Counted from the first letter of the stretch, positions 10,003 to 18,998 are shown. The stretch is DNA of 64,000 nucleotides from Sphingomonas sp. (GCF_042095875.1 NZ_JBELMJ010000002.1:48909-112908); one strand, 5' to 3'. Made by a program: numbers and translations. The notes: generated by a model not told the origin, from the sequence alone.

Positions 10003-11109
10003 ATGCAAGAGCGATGTTACAATCCCGTGTGGAGCGGCGACCAAGTGACTTCTTTTTTCAAATCCGTCGCGCTCGCGCGCACTGACGGCGCCGCGCTGGT
10101 ACGTGCGCCGCTCGCCTTCGCGCGCGGCGATGGGCGTGATGCGCTGGTTGTTCCCTTCCCCCTACCCCCGCTGCGCGGGATCAACCCGTCGCGAGTCGGC
10201 GTCATCAGCAACCCGCGCAGCCGCCGCAACCGGCAGGGTAATCCGGTCCACCGCCGCGCCGGCGCGACGTCCGAGATGCTGGTCGCCGAACCCGCGACCA
10301 AGGACGCGCTGGCATTGGCACTCGCCGACTTCGCCGCGCGTGGGGTGGAGTTGATCGTGGTCGACGGCGGCGACGGCACGGTGCGCGACGTGCTGAGCGC
10401 CGCCCCGCTCGCCTTCGGCGCTGCCATGCCGCCGGTTGCGGTGATCCCCTCGGGCAAGACCAACGCGCTGGCGCTCGATCTCGGCATCCCGTGGGACTGG
10501 TCGGCGGGCGACGCGCAGGCGGCACTCACCGCCGGGCGGCTGGACACGCGCCAGCCGGTCGAGATCACGGGTGAGGACAGCGTAACGCTGCGCGGTTTCC
10601 TGTTCGGTGCCAGCGCCTTCACGCGCGCGACCGACCTGGCGCAGCGCACGCACGACATCGGCGCGTTCGGCGGCGTCGCGGTCGGACTGTCGGTGCTGGG
10701 CGCGGTGTTGCAGACGATGTTCGCAGGCAGCGGCAACGCGTGGCGCGCGGGCGAGCGCGTGCGCATCGCCGGTGTGGCCGACGGCACCGCGCGCGAGCAC
10801 GATTTGTACCTATTGCTCGGCTCCACGCTGCGCCGTTTGCCGATCGGGCTGAAGCCGCTCGGCCAGGGAGGCGAGGGCTTGAACATCCTGGCGGTGGAGG
10901 CCCCGCCGCGGCTGCTCCCGCTCGCCGTGCCCGCGATCCTTGCCGGACGCGAGGGCGGGTGGCTCGCACGCGCGGGCTATCATCACCGCCACGACGCGCC
11001 GCACAGTCGCCTGACGCTGCCCGGCGGCTTCGTGCTCGACGGCGAGAGCTATCCCGGCGGCAGCTACGACGTACGCGCGGGCGAGCCGATCACCTTCGTC
11101 ACCCCGTGA
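10003..11109 (+). CDS. Diacylglycerol-kinase-family lipid kinase (DAGK catalytic domain)
   Basis: RVGVISNPRSRRN, VVDGGDGTVRDVL and AVIPSGKTNALALDLG. The start is uncertain: ATG 10003 or in-frame GTG 10045. An extended -10-like TGTTACAAT at 10015-10023 favours the later start. Confidence 0.7.
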   Translation: MQERCYNPVWSGDQVTSFFKSVALARTDGAALVRAPLAFARGDGRDALVVPFPLPPLRGINPSRVGVISNPRSRRNRQGNPVHRRAGATSEMLVAEPATKDALALALADFAARGVELIVVDGGDGTVRDVLSAAPLAFGAAMPPVAVIPSGKTNALALDLGIPWDWSAGDAQAALTAGRLDTRQPVEITGEDSVTLRGFLFGASAFTRATDLAQRTHDIGAFGGVAVGLSVLGAVLQTMFAGSGNAWRAGERVRIAGVADGTAREHDLYLLLGSTLRRLPIGLKPLGQGGEGLNILAVEAPPRLLPLAVPAILAGREGGWLARAGYHHRHDAPHSRLTLPGGFVLDGESYPGGSYDVRAGEPITFVTP

Positions 11110-12005
11110 CGCTGCGCGCGTTCGTCGCGGCCGAGCTCGAGCGCGCGGTACCGCCGATGGTCGCCGAGGCCGCTGGTTCGATCGCTGCGGCGCTGAACGG
11201 TGACGCGGTGCTGTTCTACGGATCGGTGCTGCGCACCGCCGACCTGGACGGTGTGCTCGATTTCTACGTACTCCGCCGCTCCGGCACGGCGACGGGCGTG
11301 AGCCGCCACGTCTGGCCCGACGTCAGCTACCACGAGGTCGCGGTCGGTGACCGGGTGATCCGCGCCAAGGTCGCGACCATGGACCTAGACACGTTTGAGC
11401 GCGCCACCGCCGGCCGCTCGCGCGACACGACGATCTGGGCGCGATTCGTGCAGCCGGTGGCGCTGATCCAGGTCGCCGACGCCGCGACGCGCGATCGCAT
11501 CGTCGCCGCGGTCACCGACGCTGGGGTCACCGCCGCGCGCTTCGCCGCGCTGCACGGGCCGGCCCGTGGGGCCGCCGGCGATTACTGGCGCAGCCTGTTC
11601 CGCGCCACCTACGCGACCGAGCTGCGCGTCGAGGCGCCGGGTCGCGAGGACCAGATCCTGTCCTACGATCGCGCGCGCTACGACGCGCTGCTGCCGCTCG
11701 CCTGGGACGCGGCCGGGGTAGCGTTCGCGCGCGACATGGACACGCTTGCCCCCGACCTGCCCACGTCTCAGCGACAGGCGCTCGCCCGCCGCTGGTCGCG
11801 CGCGTGCCGCTGGGGCAAGAAGCTCAACGCGCTTCGGCTGGTCAAGGCCGCCTTTACCTTCGACGGCGCGACCCGCTACGCGCTGTGGAAGATCGAGCGC
11901 CACACCGGACTGTCGCTGCCGCTGACGCCGTTTCGCGAGCGCCATCCCCTGATCGCCGCGCCGGGTGTGCTGTGGCGCTTGTGGCAGCATCAGGCGGCGC
12001 GCTGA
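11106..12005 (+). CDS. Conserved hypothetical protein (299 aa), possibly a nucleotidyltransferase fold
   Basis: Strong GC3 bias. The GTG start overlaps the kinase stop (GTGA) and its stop overlaps the next start (TGATG). The motif LFYGSVLRTADLDGVLDFYVL is reminiscent of NTase-fold enzymes, but this is a weak assignment. Confidence 0.55.
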   Translation: MTLRAFVAAELERAVPPMVAEAAGSIAAALNGDAVLFYGSVLRTADLDGVLDFYVLRRSGTATGVSRHVWPDVSYHEVAVGDRVIRAKVATMDLDTFERATAGRSRDTTIWARFVQPVALIQVADAATRDRIVAAVTDAGVTAARFAALHGPARGAAGDYWRSLFRATYATELRVEAPGREDQILSYDRARYDALLPLAWDAAGVAFARDMDTLAPDLPTSQRQALARRWSRACRWGKKLNALRLVKAAFTFDGATRYALWKIERHTGLSLPLTPFRERHPLIAAPGVLWRLWQHQAAR

Positions 12006-12778
12006 TGTCGGACTCGCCTGCCGCGCTGATCCTCGCGGGTTCGCGCGGGACGGACGATCCGCTGGCCGGTTACGCCGGCGTGTCGGACAAGGCGCTGATC
12101 GTGCTGGGCGACACGACGATCCTCGCACGCGTCGTCGCCGCTGTGCGCGCCGCCGGCATCTCGCGGATCGGCGTGTCGGCGAACAGCGCGCCCGTGCGGG
12201 CCGAGGCCGAGCGCTGCGGCGCCGAACCGCTCGTCGCCGCGGCAGGACCTAGCGCCAGCGCCGCCACCGCGCTGGACGTGCTCGGCACACCGCTGCTCGT
12301 CACGACCGGCGACCACGCGCTGCTGCGGCCGGAGTGGATGCGCGATTTCGTCGCGCGCGTACCCGCCGCCGCGGACGTCGCGGTGCTGCTCGCGCGGCGC
12401 GACGCGATCGAGGCCGCGGCGCCCGGGTCAAGGCGGACCTACCTGCACTTCGCCGACGGCGACTGGTCGGGGTGCAACCTGTTCTATCTTGCCACCCCGC
12501 GCGCCGCCCGCGTGATCGCGTTGTGGCAGGAGGTGGAGCGCGACCGCAAGCGGCCATGGCGGATCGTGCGCCGGCTGGGGCCGGGGCTGCTGCTGCGCTA
12601 TCTGCTCGGGCGATTACCGCTGGCCGAGGCGATCGCGCACCTGGGCGCGCGCGCCGGCGTGAGGGCGGTGGCGATCGCCGCGCCGGACGGACTGGCCGCG
12701 GTCGATGTCGACAAGCCCGCCGACCTAGACTTCGTGCGCGCGCATCTGGATCAGCTACGGCCCGCGACGCGCACGTAG
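12005..12778 (+). CDS. MobA-like NTP-transferase family protein
   Basis: N-terminus ALILAGSRGTDDPLAGYAGVSDKALIVLGDTTILARVV is followed by LLVTTGDHALL, the typical GT-A/MobA-like nucleotidyltransferase layout. Confidence 0.6.
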   Translation: MSDSPAALILAGSRGTDDPLAGYAGVSDKALIVLGDTTILARVVAAVRAAGISRIGVSANSAPVRAEAERCGAEPLVAAAGPSASAATALDVLGTPLLVTTGDHALLRPEWMRDFVARVPAAADVAVLLARRDAIEAAAPGSRRTYLHFADGDWSGCNLFYLATPRAARVIALWQEVERDRKRPWRIVRRLGPGLLLRYLLGRLPLAEAIAHLGARAGVRAVAIAAPDGLAAVDVDKPADLDFVRAHLDQLRPATRT

Positions 12779-14094
12779 CGCCACACCATCACGCCCAGCA
12801 GCAGCGCGCCGACCAGAGACGCACCGAACACGCCGATGCTCGCCCCCGCCGCGCCGATCCGCGGCAGCAGCACCAGCATCAGCACGAACTGCGCCGCCAC
12901 CCCGATCGCGCGCGCGGTCATCGCCGAGGCGGAGCGGTCGCCCGCCAGCAACACCGGCTCGAACCCGACAACCGCCAGGTCGATCGACCCCGCCGCGGCC
13001 AGCCACAGCAGCAGCGGATAGGCACCGGCGTAGGCGGCATCGCCGCCGACCGCGACCAGCACGGGCTTGCCAATCAGGGCGACCAGCAACAGGATGACCA
13101 GTGCCGCGCCCGCGCTCGCGCCGAACATGCGGCGCAGCGCGCGACCCAGCTCCCGCGGCGCGACGTCGCGCAGGGTGCGGACCACCTCGGGAAATGCCGC
13201 GCGCGAGATCAGCTGCGACAGCTTGGTCAGCGCCTGCGCCAGCTGCAGCGCGAGCCGGAACGCGCCCGCGGCCGCCGGGCCGCCGAACGCGCCGACGAAC
13301 ATCAGCGGCAATTGCTTGGTCGCGAGCCCCAGGCTCGACACCGCGTTGCTGCTGATCACGAAGCGCGGCAGCCGCGGGTTCTCCGCGCGCAACTGCGCCA
13401 CGTCGACGCGCGCGCGCCGGATCAGCGCGAGGTCGCCGCTGCGCGCCAGGGTAATCCAGTACATTGCCGCGGTGGCGAGCTCGGCCGCGGTCCACGCCCA
13501 CAGGAACGCGTGCAGCGTCGGCGAGAGGAACGCCGCCGCAACCGCGCCGACGAAGCGCACTGCCGGGGTCACGCTGTCCGCCGCCGCCGCCGCGCGAAAG
13601 CGGTCGGTAAGCCGCAGCACGCCGAGCGCAGCCGAGCGGATCGACAGCAGCTGCGCCGCGGTGAAGATCGCGGTGTCGCGCAGCAGCGACGGGCGTATCC
13701 CCAGCCGGTCGCTCCACACCGCCAGGATCGCGGCGGCGAGGCCCAGGCCGACCACCGCGCTTCCCGCGTCGAGCAGCATGCACGCGCGGTACAATCGCCC
13801 CAGCGCCGCCTCGTCGCCGCGGGTGCGATGGTCGATGCCGAAGCGCACCACCACCTGCCACGTCTGAAACCCGACCAGCAGCGCCAGCCCCTGCGCCGCG
13901 CCGGTGACGAGCGCGAACCGGCCGAAGTCAGCGAGGCCGAGCGTGCGCGTCGCGATGCCGAGATACAGCAGCGATAGCACCGCCAGGACGCCGCGGCTGG
14001 CGAGCAGCCAGCCGAGGTTGGCGAGCACCGCACGCACGCCGGAGGCGGGCGCGGCGGAACGCGGGGACGCTGCGGGGGATGACCGGTCCGTCAT
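12751..14094 (-). CDS. MOP-superfamily polysaccharide/oligosaccharide flippase (Wzx-like)
   Basis: 447 aa and highly hydrophobic, with about 12 predicted TM segments. The N-terminus VLANLGWLLASRGVLAVLSLLYLGIATRTLGLADFGRFAL is typical of polysaccharide-biosynthesis flippases. Its 3' end overlaps the convergent gene by 28 nt. Confidence 0.65.
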   Translation of the reverse strand: MTDRSSPAASPRSAAPASGVRAVLANLGWLLASRGVLAVLSLLYLGIATRTLGLADFGRFALVTGAAQGLALLVGFQTWQVVVRFGIDHRTRGDEAALGRLYRACMLLDAGSAVVGLGLAAAILAVWSDRLGIRPSLLRDTAIFTAAQLLSIRSAALGVLRLTDRFRAAAAADSVTPAVRFVGAVAAAFLSPTLHAFLWAWTAAELATAAMYWITLARSGDLALIRRARVDVAQLRAENPRLPRFVISSNAVSSLGLATKQLPLMFVGAFGGPAAAGAFRLALQLAQALTKLSQLISRAAFPEVVRTLRDVAPRELGRALRRMFGASAGAALVILLLVALIGKPVLVAVGGDAAYAGAYPLLLWLAAAGSIDLAVVGFEPVLLAGDRSASAMTARAIGVAAQFVLMLVLLPRIGAAGASIGVFGASLVGALLLGVMVWRYVRVAGRS

Positions 14095-14266
14095 GCCGCC
14101 CGCCTAGATAGCCCGGACGCGAGCGGCAAGACCGTGACTTGCCTGCAAACGCGCGACAGAGCACGCCATCGCGATAGCAGCCGCCTCATGCTGCCGATCT
14201 GCCCGATGGCGATATCCGCTTCTCCGTTCGATCGCAGATCATCTCGCCCGCTCGCCAATCGGGGCG

Positions 14267-14292
14267 AGAACCAAGGGCACCAGCGGCACGTT
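14267..14292 (+). promoter_or_regulatory. Candidate EcfG-type (general stress ECF sigma) promoter
   Basis: AGAAC-N17-CGTT (gaGAACcaagggcaccagcggcaCGTT) lies ~47 nt upstream of the SDR start codon. The alphaproteobacterial EcfG consensus is GGAAC-N16/17-CGTT. Confidence 0.4.
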
Positions 14293-14338
14293 CGACGCGT
14301 CCGGCCGTTGTTGGACGATCCGTTCAACAGGAGCCTTT

Positions 14339-15211
14339 ATGACTGATCCGCGCTTCAGCCAGCCGACCAGCTTCCCCGACGAGCCGCAGCAGCCCCGGCC
14401 GGGCACGACGACAGCGATGCGGACCAAGCCCGATCACGGCGAGGAGAGTTACGTTGGGAAGGGGTTGTTGGTGGACAAGGTGGCGCTCGTCACCGGCGGT
14501 GATTCGGGGATCGGGCGGGCGGTCGCGATCGCCTACGCGCGCGAAGGGGCCGATGTCGCGATCTCCTACCTGGCCGAGGAACAGGCGGACGCGGAGGAAA
14601 CGCGTGCCTGGGTCGAGCGGGCGGGACGCCGTTGCCTGCTGCTGCCGGGCGACCTGCGTGACCGCGACCATTGCGCGGCGCTGGTGACGCGCACGGTAGA
14701 TGAGCTCGGGCGGATCGACATTCTGGTCAACAATGCCGCGGCGCAGACGATGAACGAGGGGCTGGAGACGGTCGACGACGACGAGATGCAGGGCGCGTTC
14801 TCCGCCAACGTGTTCGCGATGATCCGCCTCGCCAAGGCCGCGGTGCCGCACATGCCGCCCGAATCCGCGATCGTGAACACCACCAGCGAGCAGGCGAAGG
14901 TCGCGGGCAAGAACATGATCGTCTACGCCGCGACCAAGGGCGCGATCTCCAGCCTGACCGTCGGGCTGTCGAACCTGCTGGTGGAACAGGGTATTCGCGT
15001 CAACGCGGTGGCGCCGGGGCCGGTGTGGACGCCGATCCAGCCGATCGCCAAGTCGCCCGAGGAACTGGAGACGCTGGGCCAGAACACGCCGCTGGGCCGC
15101 GCTGGGCAGCCCGCCGAGCTCGCCCCCGCCTTCGTGCTGCTCGCCTCCGCCGAGGGTAGCTACATGTCGGGCGCGATCGTGGCGGTCACCGGCGGCGTGC
15201 CGATCGGCTGA
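14339..15211 (+). CDS. SDR-family oxidoreductase (YghA / general-stress-protein-39-like)
   Basis: VALVTGGDSGIGRAVAIAYAREGADV (TGxxxGxG) and catalytic YAATKGAI (YxxxK). RBS acAGGAG precedes the ATG. Confidence 0.85.
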   Translation: MTDPRFSQPTSFPDEPQQPRPGTTTAMRTKPDHGEESYVGKGLLVDKVALVTGGDSGIGRAVAIAYAREGADVAISYLAEEQADAEETRAWVERAGRRCLLLPGDLRDRDHCAALVTRTVDELGRIDILVNNAAAQTMNEGLETVDDDEMQGAFSANVFAMIRLAKAAVPHMPPESAIVNTTSEQAKVAGKNMIVYAATKGAISSLTVGLSNLLVEQGIRVNAVAPGPVWTPIQPIAKSPEELETLGQNTPLGRAGQPAELAPAFVLLASAEGSYMSGAIVAVTGGVPIG

Positions 15212-15257
15212 CGGCGGGGAGCGGGAACCCGCCGCGTCGTCGAAGCGTCGGGGCGCC

Positions 15258-15881
15258 ATGGACGACGCCGCCGAACTGCAATTGCCCGCACGCGCCTTCG
15301 ACAAGCAGGACGATGGGTCCGACCTCGCCTTCTACGCGCCGGCGCGGCTGGTCACGCACATCGACGACGGCGCGATCGCGGCGCTGAGCGACTATTACGA
15401 GTCGCTGCTCACGCCGGGTCAGCGCGTGCTCGACCTGATGTCGAGCTGGGTCAGCCACCTGCCCGACGATCTCGATCTGGAGGTCGTCGGGCACGGGATG
15501 AACGCGGAGGAGCTCGCCGCCAATCCCCGGCTCGGCCGCTGGTTCGTGCAGGACCTGAACCAGGACACGCAACTGCCCGAGCGCGACGCGGCGTTCGACG
15601 CCGTCCTGATCTGCGTCGGCGTGCAATATCTGCAACGCCCGCTCGCGGTGCTGCGCGAGGTGCGGCGCGTGCTCCAACCCGGCGGCATCGTGGTCGCGAG
15701 CTATTCCAATCGCTGTTTCCCGACCAAGGCGGTCGCGGTGTGGCGCGCGCTCGACATGGAAGGACAGGCCGCGCTGATCCGGCGCTACCTCGACGCCGCC
15801 GGCTTCCACGACATCGAAGCGACGGTGCTGGCGGATGGCCGGTCGAGCGACCCGTTGATCGCGGTCGTCGCGCGCGCCTGA
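15258..15881 (+). CDS. Class I SAM-dependent methyltransferase-like protein
   Basis: RVLDLMSSWVSHLP and VLICVGVQYLQRPLAVLREVRRVLQPGGIVV match the Methyltransf_11-like layout. Confidence 0.6.
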   Translation: MDDAAELQLPARAFDKQDDGSDLAFYAPARLVTHIDDGAIAALSDYYESLLTPGQRVLDLMSSWVSHLPDDLDLEVVGHGMNAEELAANPRLGRWFVQDLNQDTQLPERDAAFDAVLICVGVQYLQRPLAVLREVRRVLQPGGIVVASYSNRCFPTKAVAVWRALDMEGQAALIRRYLDAAGFHDIEATVLADGRSSDPLIAVVARA

Positions 15882-16002
15882 ACCGCGAAACATCGGCGAC
15901 ACGGCAGGAACGCCTCGCTCGGGCAGGCGATCGGGGTGCGAACGGCACGCTTGCCGTCGCCGCGGCGGCGTTCTAGCGCGGGGACGTCGCAACGAGAAGG
16001 AT

Positions 16003-18660
16003 GTGGTGGTGCGCAAGGGGATGATGCTGGCGGTCGCCGCGATGCTGTCGAGCGCGGCTTTCGGACAATCGACGCCCCCCGCGATCGTCGCCGACGCGGC
16101 GGCGCCCAAGGGCCGATTGCCCGACACGGCGGTACCCAAGGCCTACCGGCTCGATTTCACCATCCTGCCCGAGGCGGAGCGGTTCAGCGGCCACGGCGAG
16201 ATCGACGTGACGCTGAAGCGGTCGACCAGCCGGCTCTACCTGCACGGCCGCGACCTGGCCGTGTCGAAGGTCGTAGCGCGCGTCGGAAACACGAGCGTGC
16301 CTGCCACCTTCACCCAGGTCGACGCGACCGGCACCGCGCGGCTGGACTTCGCGCGCGCCATCCCCGCGGGCGCGGCGACGTTGGTGTTCGACTATACCGG
16401 TCGGTTCGGCAACGACGCCGCCGGCCTCTACCACGTCAAGGTCGCGGACCGCTGGTACAGCTGGACCCAATTCGAGAGCATCGACGCGCGCGCCGCCTTC
16501 CCCTCGTTCGACGAGCCCGGCTTCAAGCAGCCGTTCACGATCACCGTCACCACCCACCCCGGCATGACCGTGGTGAGCAACAGCCCGGAAACCGGCGTGA
16601 CCAAGGTGGCGGGTGGCATGGAGAAGCACGGCTTCGCCCCCACCAAGCCGCTGCCCACCTACCTGGTCGCGATCGACACCGGACCGTTCGTGCGCCGCAC
16701 CGGGACGATCGCGCCGACGCCGGAGCGCAACTGGCCGATGCCGTACGGCGGGGTGGCGACGCGGCCGCAGGCGGACAAGATGGATTATGTGATGGCGGAA
16801 ACGCCGCGCATCGTCGGGCTGCTCGAACGCTATTTCGGTGAAGCCTTCCCCTTCCCCAAGCTCGACCAGATCGGGTCGCCGATCATGCCCGGCGCGATGG
16901 AGAATGCGGGCGCCGACACCTACGGCGACGGCATCATCTTCCTCGATCGCAACGCCACGACGGGCGACAAGAAGGAATTCGGCATGGTGGTCAGCCACGA
17001 GCTGGCGCACCAATGGTTCGGCGACCTCGTTTCTCCGGAATGGTGGAGCGACCTGTGGCTGAACGAGAGCTTCGCCAATTGGATGGGCTATCGCATCGCC
17101 AACGAGTGGCGGCCCGAGCTCGGCATCGGCGTCGGCGCGCTCGCCGAAGGGTTCGCGGCGATGAACACCGACGCGCTGGAGGTCGGTCGTCCGATCCACC
17201 AGCCGATCACCGAGAACAGCCAGATCGACGCTGCGTTCGACAGCATCACCTACGGCAAGGGCGGGCAGGTCGTCGCCATGATCGCGGCGTACCTGGGCGA
17301 CGACAAGTTCAAGGAAGGCGTGCGGCTGCACCTGCGTCGCCACGCCTACGGCAACGCCTCGTCCGAGCAGTTCTTCCGGTCGATCGCCGATGCCGCGCAC
17401 GACCCCAAGATCCTGGCGTCGCTGACCAGCTTCGTCGACCAGCAGGGGGTGCCGGTGGTCGACGTTCGGCGCAGCGGCGGGACGATCACCGCGACGCAGT
17501 CGCGCTACGCCTTCATCGGCTCGACCCCCAAGCCACTCACCTGGACGATCCCGTTCTGCGTGCGCGTCGACGCGGCCAAGCAGTGCGAACTGCTGGACAG
17601 CAAGACGACGACGCTGACCGCGCCCGCCGGGCGGGTGGTGATGTCCAACGTCGGCGGCACCGGCTATTACCGCTTCGACCTCGCCCCCGGAGACTGGCAG
17701 GCGCTGATCGCCAGCTCGGCGACGCTGTCCGGCGGCGAGGCGGTGGCGAGCATCGACAGCCTATGGGCGTCGTTCCGCGCCGGCCGAGCGCCCGCGGCGT
17801 GGCTGATCGCGCAGGCGCGCGCGATGGCGGCCAACCCCGACCCGGCGGCGAGCGTCAACCCGGGCGTGCGGATCGCCGGGCTGCGCGCGCGCGGGCTGAT
17901 CGCGCCCGCGTCGCTGCCCGCCTATCGCGCACTGATGGCGTCGATCTACACGCCGCGACTGACCGAGCTGGGGTTCGATCCGGCGGTCGGCGCGTACCGC
18001 AGCGAGGACCCGCAACGGCAGGAACTGCGCCACCGCCTGGTCGAACTCGTCGCAAACGAGGCGGGTGACGCCGCCACGCGCGCCACGCTGAAGGCGGCGG
18101 CGACGCGCTATCTCGGCGGTGACGCGGCGGCACTCGATCCCGGCTTCCTGTCCAGCGCGCTGACGGTGCTCGCGCAGGACGGCGGCCTGCCGGTCGCGCG
18201 GACGCTGATCGATCGCGGCCTGGCGAGCGAGGACGCGACGGTGCGGTCGAGCATGCTCGCCGCCGCCGGATCGAGCGGACGCGCCGATGTCGCCAACTAT
18301 CTGCTGGCGCTCGACGATCCGCGGATGCGCGGTTTCGATCGGTTGCGGTTGATCTTCGGCGTCGTCGGCACGGTCGAGACGCGGGACCTGGGGACCGAGT
18401 GGGTGCTGGCCAACTACGATCGGCTGATCGCGGGCGCGAACGGCGTGTTCATCACCACGCGACTGCCGTCCGCCTTCGCGACGCAATGCGGTGCCGACCG
18501 CGCCGCGAGTATCGACGCGAAGGTCGGCCCGGCGATCCGCAAGGCGGACATCGGATTGCTCGCCTATCAGCGCACGCTGGAGACGATCCGGCTGTGCGGC
18601 GCGCTGCGGGACGCGAAGGCGGGTGAGATCGCGGCGGCGGTCACGGCCGCGGGCCGGTAG
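16003..18660 (+). CDS. pepN: M1-family zinc aminopeptidase (aminopeptidase N-like), secreted or periplasmic
   Basis: GAMENAGADTY exopeptidase motif and HELAHQWFGDLVSPEWWSDLWLNESFANW (HExxH-x18-E). Signal peptide MMLAVAAMLSSAAFGQ. The start is ambiguous: three GTG codons at 16003-16011 or the ATG at 16021. Confidence 0.9.
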   Translation: MVVRKGMMLAVAAMLSSAAFGQSTPPAIVADAAAPKGRLPDTAVPKAYRLDFTILPEAERFSGHGEIDVTLKRSTSRLYLHGRDLAVSKVVARVGNTSVPATFTQVDATGTARLDFARAIPAGAATLVFDYTGRFGNDAAGLYHVKVADRWYSWTQFESIDARAAFPSFDEPGFKQPFTITVTTHPGMTVVSNSPETGVTKVAGGMEKHGFAPTKPLPTYLVAIDTGPFVRRTGTIAPTPERNWPMPYGGVATRPQADKMDYVMAETPRIVGLLERYFGEAFPFPKLDQIGSPIMPGAMENAGADTYGDGIIFLDRNATTGDKKEFGMVVSHELAHQWFGDLVSPEWWSDLWLNESFANWMGYRIANEWRPELGIGVGALAEGFAAMNTDALEVGRPIHQPITENSQIDAAFDSITYGKGGQVVAMIAAYLGDDKFKEGVRLHLRRHAYGNASSEQFFRSIADAAHDPKILASLTSFVDQQGVPVVDVRRSGGTITATQSRYAFIGSTPKPLTWTIPFCVRVDAAKQCELLDSKTTTLTAPAGRVVMSNVGGTGYYRFDLAPGDWQALIASSATLSGGEAVASIDSLWASFRAGRAPAAWLIAQARAMAANPDPAASVNPGVRIAGLRARGLIAPASLPAYRALMASIYTPRLTELGFDPAVGAYRSEDPQRQELRHRLVELVANEAGDAATRATLKAAATRYLGGDAAALDPGFLSSALTVLAQDGGLPVARTLIDRGLASEDATVRSSMLAAAGSSGRADVANYLLALDDPRMRGFDRLRLIFGVVGTVETRDLGTEWVLANYDRLIAGANGVFITTRLPSAFATQCGADRAASIDAKVGPAIRKADIGLLAYQRTLETIRLCGALRDAKAGEIAAAVTAAGR

Positions 18661-18886
18661 CGCGGCGCGCCCCTCGTCGCGTCCGGGCAGCGCGGGCATC
18701 GGTGATCGGCCATGAGATGATCGGCGGACGTGGGCGACACCCTGCTTGGGTCGTGCAGCGGCAGTAGCGACGCGCCACCTGAATGGCTCGCTACTGCGAC
18801 GACGCGGTGAGCGGCCAGGCGCGTCGGGTGAGCGGATGTTTGGGAAGTTGTGCGATCTGCCTGACGCACCGCCCTTCGTCCCCCCA

Positions 18887-18972
18887 GACCTGATCCGGGG
18901 TCCCGCTTTCTCGAAAAGGCAGCAAAAGGCAGCAAAAGGCAGCGGGATCCCGGATCAAGTCCGGGATGACGG
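18887..18972. repeat. Composite palindromic REP-like element with a tandem repeat in its loop
   Basis: The arms GACCTGATCCGGGGTCCCGC (18887-18906) and GCGGGATCCCGGATCAAGTC (18942-18961) match at 18 of 20 positions as an inverted repeat. Each arm is itself a small hairpin of the same family as 5627-5660. Confidence 0.65.
18914..18943. repeat. Perfect 3 x 10-bp tandem repeat AAAAGGCAGC
   Basis: aaaaggcagc aaaaggcagc aaaaggcagc is read directly in the loop of the palindromic element. Confidence 0.9.
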
Positions 18973-18998
18973 AACGCAAAAATTTGTCGAAAACCGCC

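Noticed and set aside
18914-18943. The tandem 10-bp repeat as a CRISPR-like array
   Set aside because: The repeats are only three contiguous 10-mers with no spacers and no cas genes. It is a simple tandem repeat inside a palindromic element.
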